Positions 7,415 through 16,488 are shown, numbered from the stretch's first letter. The stretch: 37,896 nucleotides of DNA from an uncultured Candidatus Saccharibacteria bacterium (GCA_964591475.1 CAZQAX010000001.1:4613-42508), one strand, 5' to 3'. The notes: generated from the letters alone by a model not told the origin. Numbers and translations are program-made.

Positions 7415-8314
7415 TTATTTACACTTAGTTACCTGTACTCCGTCACTTTGCAAACAAATCGTGCCGTCTGTGGCGGTTGATAGGTATGGAATATTTAGGT
7501 TTTTCAAGCGGTTTAGTACCTCGGGGTGAGGGTGGCCGTAACGATTATTTTTGCCGGCTGAAATGATAGCAATTTGTGGTTTAACATTTTGCAAAAATTC
7601 AATGGCGCTTGAGGTGCGCGAACCATGGTGACCCAATTTTAAAACATCAGCTTTTAATTCACCTGCCCCACCATAATCTTTAACTAAACGAATTTCATTA
7701 CTAATTGATGCATCACCAGTTAACAAAAATGAATTATTGCCATAAATTAATTTACCAACAATTGAGGCATTGTTACTTTCGCCCACCAACTCTTCATCAT
7801 TTGGTGCAAGTATTTTAAACGTAACGCCTCCACCCAAATCAATGATGGTACCCTCGGTGGCTATAACATGATTTTTAACTTTTTCATTTACTAAATCTTC
7901 AATTTGGGCCAGTATTTGATTGTCTTTTTGATAGGCTGATTCTACAAAAACATCGATACTGTAGTTTTGCATTACAGGTACAAAACCCCCAACATGGTCG
8001 GCATCGGGGTGACTAGCTAGTAATACATCAATATGTTTTTTGCGAAATAAAAATTGTTTTGAAAGTGGCTTTAAAACATTGTTTTGTGGGCCCGCATCAA
8101 CCAACATGGTAATACCCGTTGGGCTTTTTATAAAAATCGCATCGCCCTGCCCCACGTCTAGAAAGTAAACTTGTAAATTTTTATTACGCCCAAAATCTAA
8201 GTTAGAAGAAATATTTTTATATGCAAAAAATAAAGCAAAAATTACAAAAACAATAACCCCAATAAAAGCCAAGTATTTTTTATATGTATTTATGTGGCGT
8301 AAAAGGCTTTTCAT
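7415..8314 (-). CDS. ComEC/Rec2-type metallo-beta-lactamase domain protein (stand-alone C-terminal domain of ComEC) with N-terminal TM anchor
   Basis: VYFLDVGQGDAIFI, LLASHPDADHVGG and LKLGHHGS motifs, typical of the ComEC C-terminal MBL nuclease domain. N-terminal TM helix YLAFIGVIVFVIFALFFAY. The ORF extends to a TTG at 8326; the ATG at 8314 is preferred. Confidence 0.8.
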   Translation of the reverse strand: MKSLLRHINTYKKYLAFIGVIVFVIFALFFAYKNISSNLDFGRNKNLQVYFLDVGQGDAIFIKSPTGITMLVDAGPQNNVLKPLSKQFLFRKKHIDVLLASHPDADHVGGFVPVMQNYSIDVFVESAYQKDNQILAQIEDLVNEKVKNHVIATEGTIIDLGGGVTFKILAPNDEELVGESNNASIVGKLIYGNNSFLLTGDASISNEIRLVKDYGGAGELKADVLKLGHHGSRTSSAIEFLQNVKPQIAIISAGKNNRYGHPHPEVLNRLKNLNIPYLSTATDGTICLQSDGVQVTKCK

Positions 8315-8369
8315 TAAAATAGTCAAAATATGCTATATTTACATTATATACATAATCATAAAAACACAC

Positions 8370-8948
8370 ATGTTTACAGCTAAAAATTTCAACATCAAAG
8401 AACTGTCGGGCATTAGTGCCAAAAATATCGAAGAGCACCTAAAGCTTTATGCAGGTTACGTAAAGCATGCCAATTTATGCCTAAGCAAAGTTGCCGAATT
8501 AAAAGACGAACCCGATAATGTTTACGCTATGGGCGAAATTAATCGCCGGTTTGGGTTTGAATATAATGGTATGCGTAACCACGAAACATATTTTGCACTA
8601 CTTGAAAAAGACGTAACACCCATAAACGAAAGTAGCGACCTATACCAAGCCATTACAATGCGTTGGGGCAGTTACGATAATTGGCTTGCCGAATTCAAAG
8701 CCATTGCCATGACTCGTGGTATTGGTTGGGCAATATTGTATTATGACTATGAAAATAAAATTTTAATGAATGCTTGGGTTGATGAACAACACATTGGCCA
8801 ATTACAAAATTGTAAATTAATCGTTGCACTAGATATGTGGGAGCATGCGTACGTGTATGACTATGCAACTAGCGAAAAAGCCAAATATGTTGAGGCATTT
8901 TTTGCAAACATTGACTGGTCTGTGGCCGAAGGCAACTTTTTAGGCTAA
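8370..8948 (+). CDS. Fe/Mn superoxide dismutase family protein (divergent)
   Basis: The EEH…YV, NGMRNHETYF and DMWEHAYVYDY segments align to the four SOD metal ligands (H, H, D, H). The start is set at MFTAKNF (track ORF 8292 plus 78), because the upstream 26 codons are low-complexity. Confidence 0.75.
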   Translation: MFTAKNFNIKELSGISAKNIEEHLKLYAGYVKHANLCLSKVAELKDEPDNVYAMGEINRRFGFEYNGMRNHETYFALLEKDVTPINESSDLYQAITMRWGSYDNWLAEFKAIAMTRGIGWAILYYDYENKILMNAWVDEQHIGQLQNCKLIVALDMWEHAYVYDYATSEKAKYVEAFFANIDWSVAEGNFLG

Positions 8949-8973
8949 TTTAAAAAATTAAATAAAAACTTGA

Positions 8974-8997
8974 AAACCGAGCCTAGGCTCGGTTTTT
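8974..8997. terminator. Bidirectional terminator hairpin between the SOD-like gene and the convergent small membrane gene
   Basis: AAAACCGAGCC-TA-GGCTCGGTTTT. The stop codon of the minus-strand gene lies inside the stem. Confidence 0.65.
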
Positions 8998-9306
8998 TAA
9001 TTCTTCTAACTTTTTAAAATTTTTCTCATCATTTGTCTTTCTTTGATTTATTTCGATTAAATCTTTTGAGAATTCTAAATATTGATTAAAGAAGCCCGCA
9101 TAAAGAAATGAAAATAAAATAAAAAAGCCAAAGGCGTCAACAAGCCCAACCAGAAACCACAGAATAAAAAATATTGGTACTGTGGCAACGTTTGCGAAAT
9201 GCAAACACCTCCTTATACCAACAAGAAAAAATGGTTCGTTGGGTATTGGCTCAAGCGGAAAAATAAAATTCTTAATAAACAATAGTACTGAGTAGATTTT
9301 GTGCAT
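8983..9306 (-). CDS. Small membrane protein, hypothetical
   Basis: The ATG at 9306 (MHKIYSVLLF…) is preceded by AGGAGG with an 8-nt spacer, the only canonical SD I saw in the window. The track ORF starts at an upstream TTG (9348). 2-3 hydrophobic helices and a charged C-terminal tail. Confidence 0.5.
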   Translation of the reverse strand: MHKIYSVLLFIKNFIFPLEPIPNEPFFLVGIRRCLHFANVATVPIFFILWFLVGLVDAFGFFILFSFLYAGFFNQYLEFSKDLIEINQRKTNDEKNFKKLEELKNRA

Positions 9307-9361
9307 ACTTATATCCTCCTGGTACCTTTTTAACACCTTATTACCCAAAAGTAAACACTAC

Positions 9362-10807
9362 TTATATTTCAAGCTTTTTATATTCCCTAATTACCCACCA
9401 CACAAAAGCAGTGTAAATTATAACCAATAATACCGCAGGCATACCAATTTGAATTTGGGCAAAAGGTAAGCCAGCGAAAAAATGTGTAACAAATAACACA
9501 AAACTGTGTAACACACTGGCAATGCCACCAAAAACATACGCTAGTGGATTTATAAATGAACTAAAAATTAAAACTAAGTTTAACCCCGTAGCAATTGGCA
9601 CAATGGGCCCAATAATTAAATTTGCAAATAGTGATACTAATGAAACCTGATTAACGCTGTGCATTATTATAGGCATAGTAAAAAATGTGGCAGCAATTGT
9701 AGTGGCAAATAAATCGCGCAAAAAAATGTTTTTAATTTTATACAAATATTTCAATTCTATGATTGGTGCTAAAAACAAAACTGAAAATGTGGCAATAATT
9801 GATAACTGAAACGACAGGTCGTACCACAAACTATATGGTCGCCATAATAACAACAAAGTACCGGCCAATACAAGTAGCCGGTCTTTTTGCGCCATTAAGC
9901 CGTAGTTGCGCGTAATAATAATTATTATTGCCATAAGCCCCGCCCGCAAACCCGTAACTGAAAAACCGGTCATTAATAGAAATAAAGCGATAAAAACAAT
10001 TAAAAAATATTCAATAATTATGGCGGGCAATATATAAATTAAACTGTCACGTACAATTTTAACCAATACGCTAATGTTATAGCCTGACAATGCCACAATG
10101 TGTATTGTGCCCGATTTAATAAAGTCATTATATAAGCCCGAATCCATCCAGCTTTTATTACCCAATATCAAACCACTAGCCAAGCCTGATTCAGGGTAGC
10201 TCATAAAATTATTAAATGTTTGGTTTATGTATTCGCGAGTTTTATTAGTAGCTGTAATAAACCTGTTAGGGTCTTTTGTTTTTTCATAATTTATGACCTT
10301 GCCTTTTACTGTAATGTTTTTAGCTAACAAATACTCTGTATAATTTTTATTATTAGATGTTTTTGAATTACTTTCTACTGGTAATATTTCAAATTCAACC
10401 CGGGCCCATTCGCCCATTTGGCGTTTTATATAAGTATTTTCAGTCAGTAGCACATCAAAACCTGCTGAATTATTATCGTCTTTAACTCGCAAGGTATAAC
10501 TAGTTTTACCAAAATCATCATCAGGGATTGAAATTATTTTACCGGTAACAATCACTGAATCAGTTTGAAAACTTGGTTTTGCTGGCTCGCGCAAATAAGC
10601 ATAAACAAAGCCCGTACAAATTAAAACCAAACATAAAACAATATGAATAGCAGAATTTTTTAAATTTAATTTAAATTTTATTTTTATATAAATTAAAAAA
10701 AGTAATAAAAAAATACCAATTAATAAATAATTAGTATTTTTTAAAGTATAAAATCCAATCCCTAGAATAAAACTTATAAATATTTGGTAAAAAAGTCTAT
10801 CGCTCAT
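9362..10807 (-). CDS. comEC: ComEC/Rec2 DNA internalisation channel, N-terminal OB (DUF4131-like) plus competence membrane domain only
   Basis: N-terminal TM helices, then a soluble OB-like insert (VTGKIISIPDDDFGKTSYTLRV…). The polytopic competence domain follows (…LASGLILGNKSWMDSGLYNDFIKSGTIHIVALSGYNISVL…). It ends without an MBL domain. Confidence 0.8.
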   Translation of the reverse strand: MSDRLFYQIFISFILGIGFYTLKNTNYLLIGIFLLLFLIYIKIKFKLNLKNSAIHIVLCLVLICTGFVYAYLREPAKPSFQTDSVIVTGKIISIPDDDFGKTSYTLRVKDDNNSAGFDVLLTENTYIKRQMGEWARVEFEILPVESNSKTSNNKNYTEYLLAKNITVKGKVINYEKTKDPNRFITATNKTREYINQTFNNFMSYPESGLASGLILGNKSWMDSGLYNDFIKSGTIHIVALSGYNISVLVKIVRDSLIYILPAIIIEYFLIVFIALFLLMTGFSVTGLRAGLMAIIIIITRNYGLMAQKDRLLVLAGTLLLLWRPYSLWYDLSFQLSIIATFSVLFLAPIIELKYLYKIKNIFLRDLFATTIAATFFTMPIIMHSVNQVSLVSLFANLIIGPIVPIATGLNLVLIFSSFINPLAYVFGGIASVLHSFVLFVTHFFAGLPFAQIQIGMPAVLLVIIYTAFVWWVIREYKKLEI

Positions 10808-10830
10808 TTTTTAACTTTATATTTTATAAT

Positions 10831-11325
10831 TTATTGTGGTTTAAGCATTTTTTTGTAAACCTCTTTGTCGCCATGATACAAATGAATATCTAAACCGTCG
10901 GCATATGCAGTTGCCAAGTAATCGGCTCGTTCGTTTAGCATTACACCGGCGTGACCTTTTACCTTTACACATTCAATTTTTTTTAACCTTTCTATTTGCC
11001 CGTCTAACGTCTCCCACAAATCTTGATTTAGTACCGGCTTTTTATTGGCGGTCTTCCAACCGTTCTTCTTCCAGTTCTTGAGCCACGATTCAATACCACC
11101 CAACACATAAGCTGAGTCGCTATACACGCGCACACTGTCGCCCAACTTACGAGACAGAACAAAATCAAGGCCGGCAATAACACCCATAATTTCCATACGG
11201 TTATTAGTAGTCTTCTTTTCGTAGCCAGCAAATTCGGTCACCGTGTCTTCGTGCACAACAATGGTGCCATAACCCCCAGGGCCTGGGTTACCACGCGATG
11301 AACCATCTGAAACAATAATTATCAT
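10831..11325 (-). CDS. rnhA: Ribonuclease HI
   Basis: The DEDD catalytic set aligns: D7 (IVSDGSS), E45 (NNRMEIMG), D70 (VYSDSAYV) and D135 (NERADYLA). Also WKKNGWKT and VKGHAG. Confidence 0.9.
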   Translation of the reverse strand: MIIIVSDGSSRGNPGPGGYGTIVVHEDTVTEFAGYEKKTTNNRMEIMGVIAGLDFVLSRKLGDSVRVYSDSAYVLGGIESWLKNWKKNGWKTANKKPVLNQDLWETLDGQIERLKKIECVKVKGHAGVMLNERADYLATAYADGLDIHLYHGDKEVYKKMLKPQ

Positions 11326-11331
11326 TTGGCT

Positions 11332-11340
11332 ATTATAGCA
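11332..11340 (-). promoter_or_regulatory. Extended -10 box TGcTATAAT, 6 nt upstream of the rnhA ATG
   Basis: The minus strand reads TGCTATAAT-agccaa-ATG, implying a leaderless mRNA. Confidence 0.55.
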
Positions 11341-11356
11341 GGCCGGGCCCTACAAA

Positions 11357-11393
11357 CAAAAAACCCCTCACCATGTAATACGGAGAGGGGTTT
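11357..11393 (-). terminator. Rho-independent terminator after the 1637-aa gene
   Basis: The minus strand reads AAACCCCTCTCC-(loop)-GGTGAGGGGTTTTTT. Confidence 0.7.
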
Positions 11394-11422
11394 ATATTCT
11401 AAAGAGCTTGTTTAACTAATTA

Positions 11423-14400
11423 CTACTGAAAAACAATTCTGGTAGCGTCTCCATTAAAAATTATGGAGTAAACACCAGCGGCCAAACCTTCGCGATAAAT
11501 GGTATTACTACCGTACTCGACAGTGAAGGTTCTTACCACTCTACCCTGCATATCAATTAACTGAGCTTCGCCACTTTCAAAGTTCGACTCGATTGTAAAC
11601 TGATCAACTACCGGGTTGGGGTAAACACTAAAGCCAAGCTTTTGGTTAACATTGCTCACTCCTGCACTTATGCATTCTACAAAAACAGCGTTGCTGTAAT
11701 CTGAATAACAACCAGCATAACTATACCTAACCTTCCACCAAGCTTTACTGGCCAGTGTTGTAATCTCGGGCTCTGAAGTGTTCGTCATTTTGTTTGAATA
11801 TGACCACTCCCACGAACCACCCTGTTGCCAATTGATATCAGCAAACAATTTACAACCCGAAACTGAAAGGTTTGGTTTTGGTAAAATTAATGTTTTTAGC
11901 ATAACCGTGTCAGTATTTGCAACGCAACCATTGTAATCAATTGTTGTTGCAAAAAATGAACCATTTGGATCAAGTAAGGTAATATTTTTACCGTTTGACC
12001 CATTTGACCATGTAACCGATTTGTAGTTTGAATTATTTTGCACATTCACCACAACCGTTCTACCACTGCATTCTGTTAAATTACCCGTTACCGATAACTT
12101 GGTCTTTTGAGGACCAACCACTGTAACATAGACAGTGTCAGATTCGACACTCTTGTTAAGTAAAACTACTTTCACAATAATTGTTCGAGCTCCGGGTGTT
12201 AACCATAAATATCTTGGTATTAGACCACATAACTGAATGTCTTTGCACGAAAACACAGAAGTATTTTCAACAAACCATTCAACGTTCGATATGTCTTCCT
12301 TTTTAACATTAACAAGTGTTAGTGTTGGATTGAACTCACCCTCGCAAAATACGATTGAAGGATTTTCAGAGCCGATTTTAACGTCGGTGCTATCTTTAGG
12401 TGCTACTGGGGTCTTTGGTTGAATGTACTTGAAATAGTACAGATCAGATGTTGAAGTACAGCCAAATTGACTTGTAGCTATGGCCTGATAAAAACCTGAC
12501 TTTTTGCTTTGAATCACTTGATCATCATAACCAATTGAAACTGATTCAAGAAACCATTCAACCTCATAAGCCTTTTGGTTTACCCATAATAAGCTGTCAG
12601 TTGAATTAATAATCAACCTTTCTTGGTTTGGGTACATGACAACATTAAAGCTAGTGTCGGCAACGCAGCCACCTATCGAGGTTATCGATATTGATTGCAT
12701 ACTGCTTTCAAAAACTTGAAAGTTGTTTTTAGGGTTTTTTGAAGGTACACCATTAAAGCTCCACTTTAGAAGCTTGGCAGTATCGATACAAATGTTTGCC
12801 GTACCACCGTAACATACTTTTGTGCTAGGGTGATCAAGTATAATTCTAGGTTTTGGCAACACGGTAAATTCGAATGAATCACTGGCTGTTTTACCAATTT
12901 TGTCGGTTACTACAATTTTTAATTTTGCATTACCAACATTCATCGGTACAGGATATTCCATAGCATCGAAGGTTTGGCTTTTAGTAAACGGTATTTTAGT
13001 ACCATTTAAAAACCATTCTTCTTGCGCTGTAGGAAAAGCTGTTTCCAAAATCTGTCTGCCCGCGATAATTTTATCGCTATTGCAAAACTTTGTACCAGGC
13101 TTTGGAGCCGTGATTCTAAGTTTTACATGAGGCATCGAATCTGTAATTATGTAACCCTTGTGGTAAAAAACTTCTGACCCATTACTACAACCGTTGTTAT
13201 TAAAAATATCAACGTAGTAGTAACCTTTGCGCAATTCGCGCAAAAACTGTTTGTTTGAATTTTTTATTACTTCAAATTTTGCAGTTGTGTCATTCATTCT
13301 GTACCAAACAAAGTTTTCAGCATTAAGGCTTGAGCCAATTGTCCAATCATTCGATAGGCCAGTTGGTCTATCGGGTGTTTGCAATTTTGTAACCATTACT
13401 GTTGTATCAGCCACGCAACCGTCTTTTGAGACAACTGTAAACCTGTAGCTACCGCTCTCTGTTATAGACAGCTTGGTTGGATACACTGACAATTTGTCAC
13501 TGTTCCATGCGTACTTTGCGATACCTGCAGTATCTGCAATTAGAGTTACATTACCCCCCGAACAAAAAGTGTTCGATGAAAGCTTAACTAAAGCTTTTGG
13601 GGTTTTGTTAACCGTTATAACAATTGAATCACTAGCAACTTTGCCCGCCTTGTCAGTTACCACAACCTTCAATATTACAATCGAAGCGTTAAGTGGCACA
13701 CGGTATTCCATACCATCAAACATTTGGTTTTTAGTTAATGGAATTTTTTTACCATTCCAAAACCATTGCTCGCTAACAGTCGGAGAAGTAGGGTCTGTGA
13801 TTTTTCTGGTTACTGTAACCTTTTCATCTTTGCAGAACCTTAAGCTAGAATTTTCAGATGTGATTAATAATTTCACATACGGCACAGAATCTTTTAAAAT
13901 CCAACCGTTGTGAAAAAAGTTATCTGACATTTGAGAACATCCGTTTTTGTTAAATACTTCAACAGCATAATAACCTTTACGAAGTTCTCGCATAAACATC
14001 TTGTTAGAATTTATAATCCTTTCCAGCTTGCTAGTTGTGTCGTTTAGTTTATACCATGCGAATGAATCAGCCTTAACTGATGAACCAATTGTCCAATCAT
14101 TAGACAGGCCAACTGGTTTAGTTTGAGCTGAAATTTTAGTTAGAATAACTGTAGTGTCAGCACTGCAACCATTTTGCGCAATAGCTGTAAACATATAGCT
14201 TCCACCTTCGTACACAGTTAATTTATTTGTGTATTTAGAAGGTTTGTCATTACCCCAAGCCCATTTTGATAAGCCTGTTGTATCAGCAGTTATAGTGACA
14301 CCATTACCAGCACACATCTTGTTCGATGAAGCGGTAATAATGGATTTAGGGCTTTTGTTGATCGTTAATGTAAACGAATCGACAGCAGTCTTACCTACCT

Positions 14401-16336
14401 TATCAGTCACTATAACTTTTACCTTCACTGTTCCAGTATTCATTGGTACAAAATATTCCATACCGTCGAATAATTGTTTCTTTGAGAAAGAAATTTTACT
14501 TCCATTCAAAAACCATTCTTCGTTGGTAATAGGATACACTGTTTCAAGAATTTTACGCGTAGCAACTATTTTGTCACTAGTACAAAAACTTGTTCCCGGT
14601 TTTGAGGCCGTGAAAAAAAGTTTTACATGTGGCAAAGAGTCTTTGGTAACATATCCATTATGGAATACCATGTCAGACTCAGCAGAGCATCCACCAGAGT
14701 TCCAGGCTTTCACCGTATAGAACCCTTTGTCAGTTCTATTAATGAACATTTTGTTAGAATTAGATATATTAATCCAACTCTTAGTTGTGTCATTATACTT
14801 GGACCAACTGAATGAATCAGCTTTGACGCTGGACCCTACTACCCAATCATTACTGATGATTGTTGGTTTAGATTGTGCAGGAATTTCGTAAACATTAACC
14901 GAAGTATCGGCAACACAACCATTTCTCGCAATAGCAAAAAAGTTATGATAACCGCCAGTGAAAACCGTATTTTTGATTTTCACTTTATTACTTGGTGTTT
15001 CACCATTCCATGCCCACTTATCAAGCCCAACAGTATCGCAACTGAGGGTTACATATTCGCCATGGCACATTGAAGTGCTTGAGGCGTACATTTTAGGCAT
15101 CGGAGCTTTTTGTGAATAAAGTACAACTGAATCAGATGCAAATCTGCCAGTAGTATCAGTAACCCTAATAACAATTTTTGTTACTGGGTAAATCACAGGG
15201 ATCGAAAAATAATCATAACTAATCTTGTCATATGAAACATCAATAAGTTTTCCATTTACGAAATACTCGTGCTTCTTAACAGGGTTAAAGAAGTTCACCC
15301 ATTCAGGCCATAGATTAATTTGGTCGCCCGTACATAGTACACTTGACCTTTTTGACACATTAAAACCAAGCTTAATGCTTGGCTTACAATCTTGTAATTG
15401 AGGTTGCGAATTAAAGTTAAACCAAATATCACTTGAGCGTGATTTTTTATCAAATACCCAAAAGACACTGTCTATATAAGAATACTGAAGATTGCCCCTA
15501 CTTGATTGCATATAAGCCAAGTTAAACCTGACTGTTTTTGAGCCAGCTATTTTTAAGTTAAACAGTAATTTAAATCTGTTGTTGTAAACCCTTGCCGATG
15601 AAATAATTTTATATTTATCATCGTACAAAATAACCGAATCAGTACTAGCACACCAGCTACAACCATAATCAATTTTAAAGCTGTAGCCATTTAGCACCAG
15701 CGTATCTTTGTTTGGATTTTTTACATCAAAACTTGATACGGTTAGTGTGTCGCCAAGATTGTCGTAACAAACCTGATTTGGTAATTGAATTCTACCGTTG
15801 TCAGAAAGTTTTGGCTGTGTACAGTCATAGGTATAAAACCACGGACTTTGTAAGTTTGGCCAAACACTATTACTCCAAGAACCGTTATAATATGTAGCCC
15901 AATCTAATCGAACATACATTTCAGTCCTACTTGAAACACTGAATGTTTTACAGTAAACCTCGACGTTTAATTTAGAGCCAGCTTTGATCCATTTGTTCAG
16001 GTACACCATTAAGTTTCCACTTGAAAACTTTTCTTTGAAAACAAGTCTGCCTCCAATGTAACCAAACAAACTATCACCCAAAGTAAATGGATGTGACCAA
16101 GAACTTAAATACACCCTATCAATCATGACAGAATCATCCGGGCTTGTGTAATAGTTTTCAAAATCAACATCAAGAACCTTGATAAAATTAGCTGTTTGGC
16201 AAATTTGATTTTGATAACTAAAAGAATTCGTCGTAACAGATAAACCGCCTGACGATGTCTGCCCGAAAGCAGTAGAATTCATAAAGCTCCAGCCCAAAAA
16301 TAGGACGAGCAATGGGAGTTTTGTTTTGTTTTTCAT
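11423..16336 (-). CDS. Giant secreted modular surface protein with T9SS (Por) type-A C-terminal sorting domain
   Basis: Signal peptide MKNKTKLPLLVLFLGWSFMNSTAFG/Q and a unique region at aa 27-320. Five roughly 250-aa modules follow (aa 321-570, 571-820, 821-1070, 1071-1310, 1311-1555). Each module is built of three units: an Ig/PKD-like unit ending VTDxxGKxAxDS, a CxGxxVT…DTxGLxKWAW…GCxADT unit, and a SNDWxxGSS…GC unit. The last 70 aa or so (GFSVYPNPVVDQFTIE…AAGVYSIIF…) match the T9SS C-terminal sorting domain signature. Confidence 0.85.
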   Translation of the reverse strand: MKNKTKLPLLVLFLGWSFMNSTAFGQTSSGGLSVTTNSFSYQNQICQTANFIKVLDVDFENYYTSPDDSVMIDRVYLSSWSHPFTLGDSLFGYIGGRLVFKEKFSSGNLMVYLNKWIKAGSKLNVEVYCKTFSVSSRTEMYVRLDWATYYNGSWSNSVWPNLQSPWFYTYDCTQPKLSDNGRIQLPNQVCYDNLGDTLTVSSFDVKNPNKDTLVLNGYSFKIDYGCSWCASTDSVILYDDKYKIISSARVYNNRFKLLFNLKIAGSKTVRFNLAYMQSSRGNLQYSYIDSVFWVFDKKSRSSDIWFNFNSQPQLQDCKPSIKLGFNVSKRSSVLCTGDQINLWPEWVNFFNPVKKHEYFVNGKLIDVSYDKISYDYFSIPVIYPVTKIVIRVTDTTGRFASDSVVLYSQKAPMPKMYASSTSMCHGEYVTLSCDTVGLDKWAWNGETPSNKVKIKNTVFTGGYHNFFAIARNGCVADTSVNVYEIPAQSKPTIISNDWVVGSSVKADSFSWSKYNDTTKSWINISNSNKMFINRTDKGFYTVKAWNSGGCSAESDMVFHNGYVTKDSLPHVKLFFTASKPGTSFCTSDKIVATRKILETVYPITNEEWFLNGSKISFSKKQLFDGMEYFVPMNTGTVKVKVIVTDKVGKTAVDSFTLTINKSPKSIITASSNKMCAGNGVTITADTTGLSKWAWGNDKPSKYTNKLTVYEGGSYMFTAIAQNGCSADTTVILTKISAQTKPVGLSNDWTIGSSVKADSFAWYKLNDTTSKLERIINSNKMFMRELRKGYYAVEVFNKNGCSQMSDNFFHNGWILKDSVPYVKLLITSENSSLRFCKDEKVTVTRKITDPTSPTVSEQWFWNGKKIPLTKNQMFDGMEYRVPLNASIVILKVVVTDKAGKVASDSIVITVNKTPKALVKLSSNTFCSGGNVTLIADTAGIAKYAWNSDKLSVYPTKLSITESGSYRFTVVSKDGCVADTTVMVTKLQTPDRPTGLSNDWTIGSSLNAENFVWYRMNDTTAKFEVIKNSNKQFLRELRKGYYYVDIFNNNGCSNGSEVFYHKGYIITDSMPHVKLRITAPKPGTKFCNSDKIIAGRQILETAFPTAQEEWFLNGTKIPFTKSQTFDAMEYPVPMNVGNAKLKIVVTDKIGKTASDSFEFTVLPKPRIILDHPSTKVCYGGTANICIDTAKLLKWSFNGVPSKNPKNNFQVFESSMQSISITSIGGCVADTSFNVVMYPNQERLIINSTDSLLWVNQKAYEVEWFLESVSIGYDDQVIQSKKSGFYQAIATSQFGCTSTSDLYYFKYIQPKTPVAPKDSTDVKIGSENPSIVFCEGEFNPTLTLVNVKKEDISNVEWFVENTSVFSCKDIQLCGLIPRYLWLTPGARTIIVKVVLLNKSVESDTVYVTVVGPQKTKLSVTGNLTECSGRTVVVNVQNNSNYKSVTWSNGSNGKNITLLDPNGSFFATTIDYNGCVANTDTVMLKTLILPKPNLSVSGCKLFADINWQQGGSWEWSYSNKMTNTSEPEITTLASKAWWKVRYSYAGCYSDYSNAVFVECISAGVSNVNQKLGFSVYPNPVVDQFTIESNFESGEAQLIDMQGRVVRTFTVEYGSNTIYREGLAAGVYSIIFNGDATRIVFQ
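11672..15376 (-). repeat. Five tandem roughly 750-nt coding modules inside the 1637-aa gene
   Basis: The period is exactly 250 codons between the VKL landmarks at aa 571, 821 and 1071. Modules 2-4 (13877..14626, 13127..13876, 12407..13126) are clearly alignable at protein level. Modules 1 and 5 are more divergent. Confidence 0.8.
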
Positions 16337-16365
16337 TTATATTTTTTTGTAATTTTCCTGGCATA

Positions 16366-16394
16366 ATTATAGCACTTTTATAGCAAAAAGTCAA
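16366..16394 (-). promoter_or_regulatory. Consensus sigma70 promoter TTGACT-17 nt-TATAAT (TGc extended -10) for the 1637-aa gene
   Basis: The minus strand reads TTGACTTTTTGCTATAAAAGTGCTATAAT, leaving a leader of about 29 nt to the ATG at 16336. Confidence 0.65.
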
Positions 16395-16405
16395 TGAATT
16401 GATGG

Positions 16406-16432
16406 GGTGGCCCAGGCTGTGCCTGGGCCACC
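16406..16432. other. Perfect 11-12 bp GC-rich inverted repeat just upstream of the -35 of the giant gene promoter
   Basis: GGTGGCCCAGG-CTGTG-CCTGGGCCACC. No U-run follows it on either strand, so it is not a canonical terminator. Candidate operator or insulator hairpin. Confidence 0.5.
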
Positions 16433-16463
16433 AAAAAACCTTTATTTTACAAGCTTTTTAAAC

Positions 16464-16488
16464 AAAAAAACCGCTTTTGGGCGGTTTT
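16464..16488 (-). terminator. Rho-independent terminator after the 16507..16920 gene
   Basis: The minus strand reads AAAACCGCC-CAAAA-GCGGTTTTTTT. Confidence 0.7.

Noticed and set aside
7415-10807. comEC as a frameshifted pseudogene
   Set aside because: The two parts are about 1 kb apart with two intact genes between them. Each has its own start context, and the MBL part has its own TM anchor. That pattern fits a genuine split better than a recent frameshift.
11028-11231. 67-aa minus-strand ORF overlapping rnhA in another frame
   Set aside because: It lies inside the well-supported RNase HI CDS, with no independent signals.
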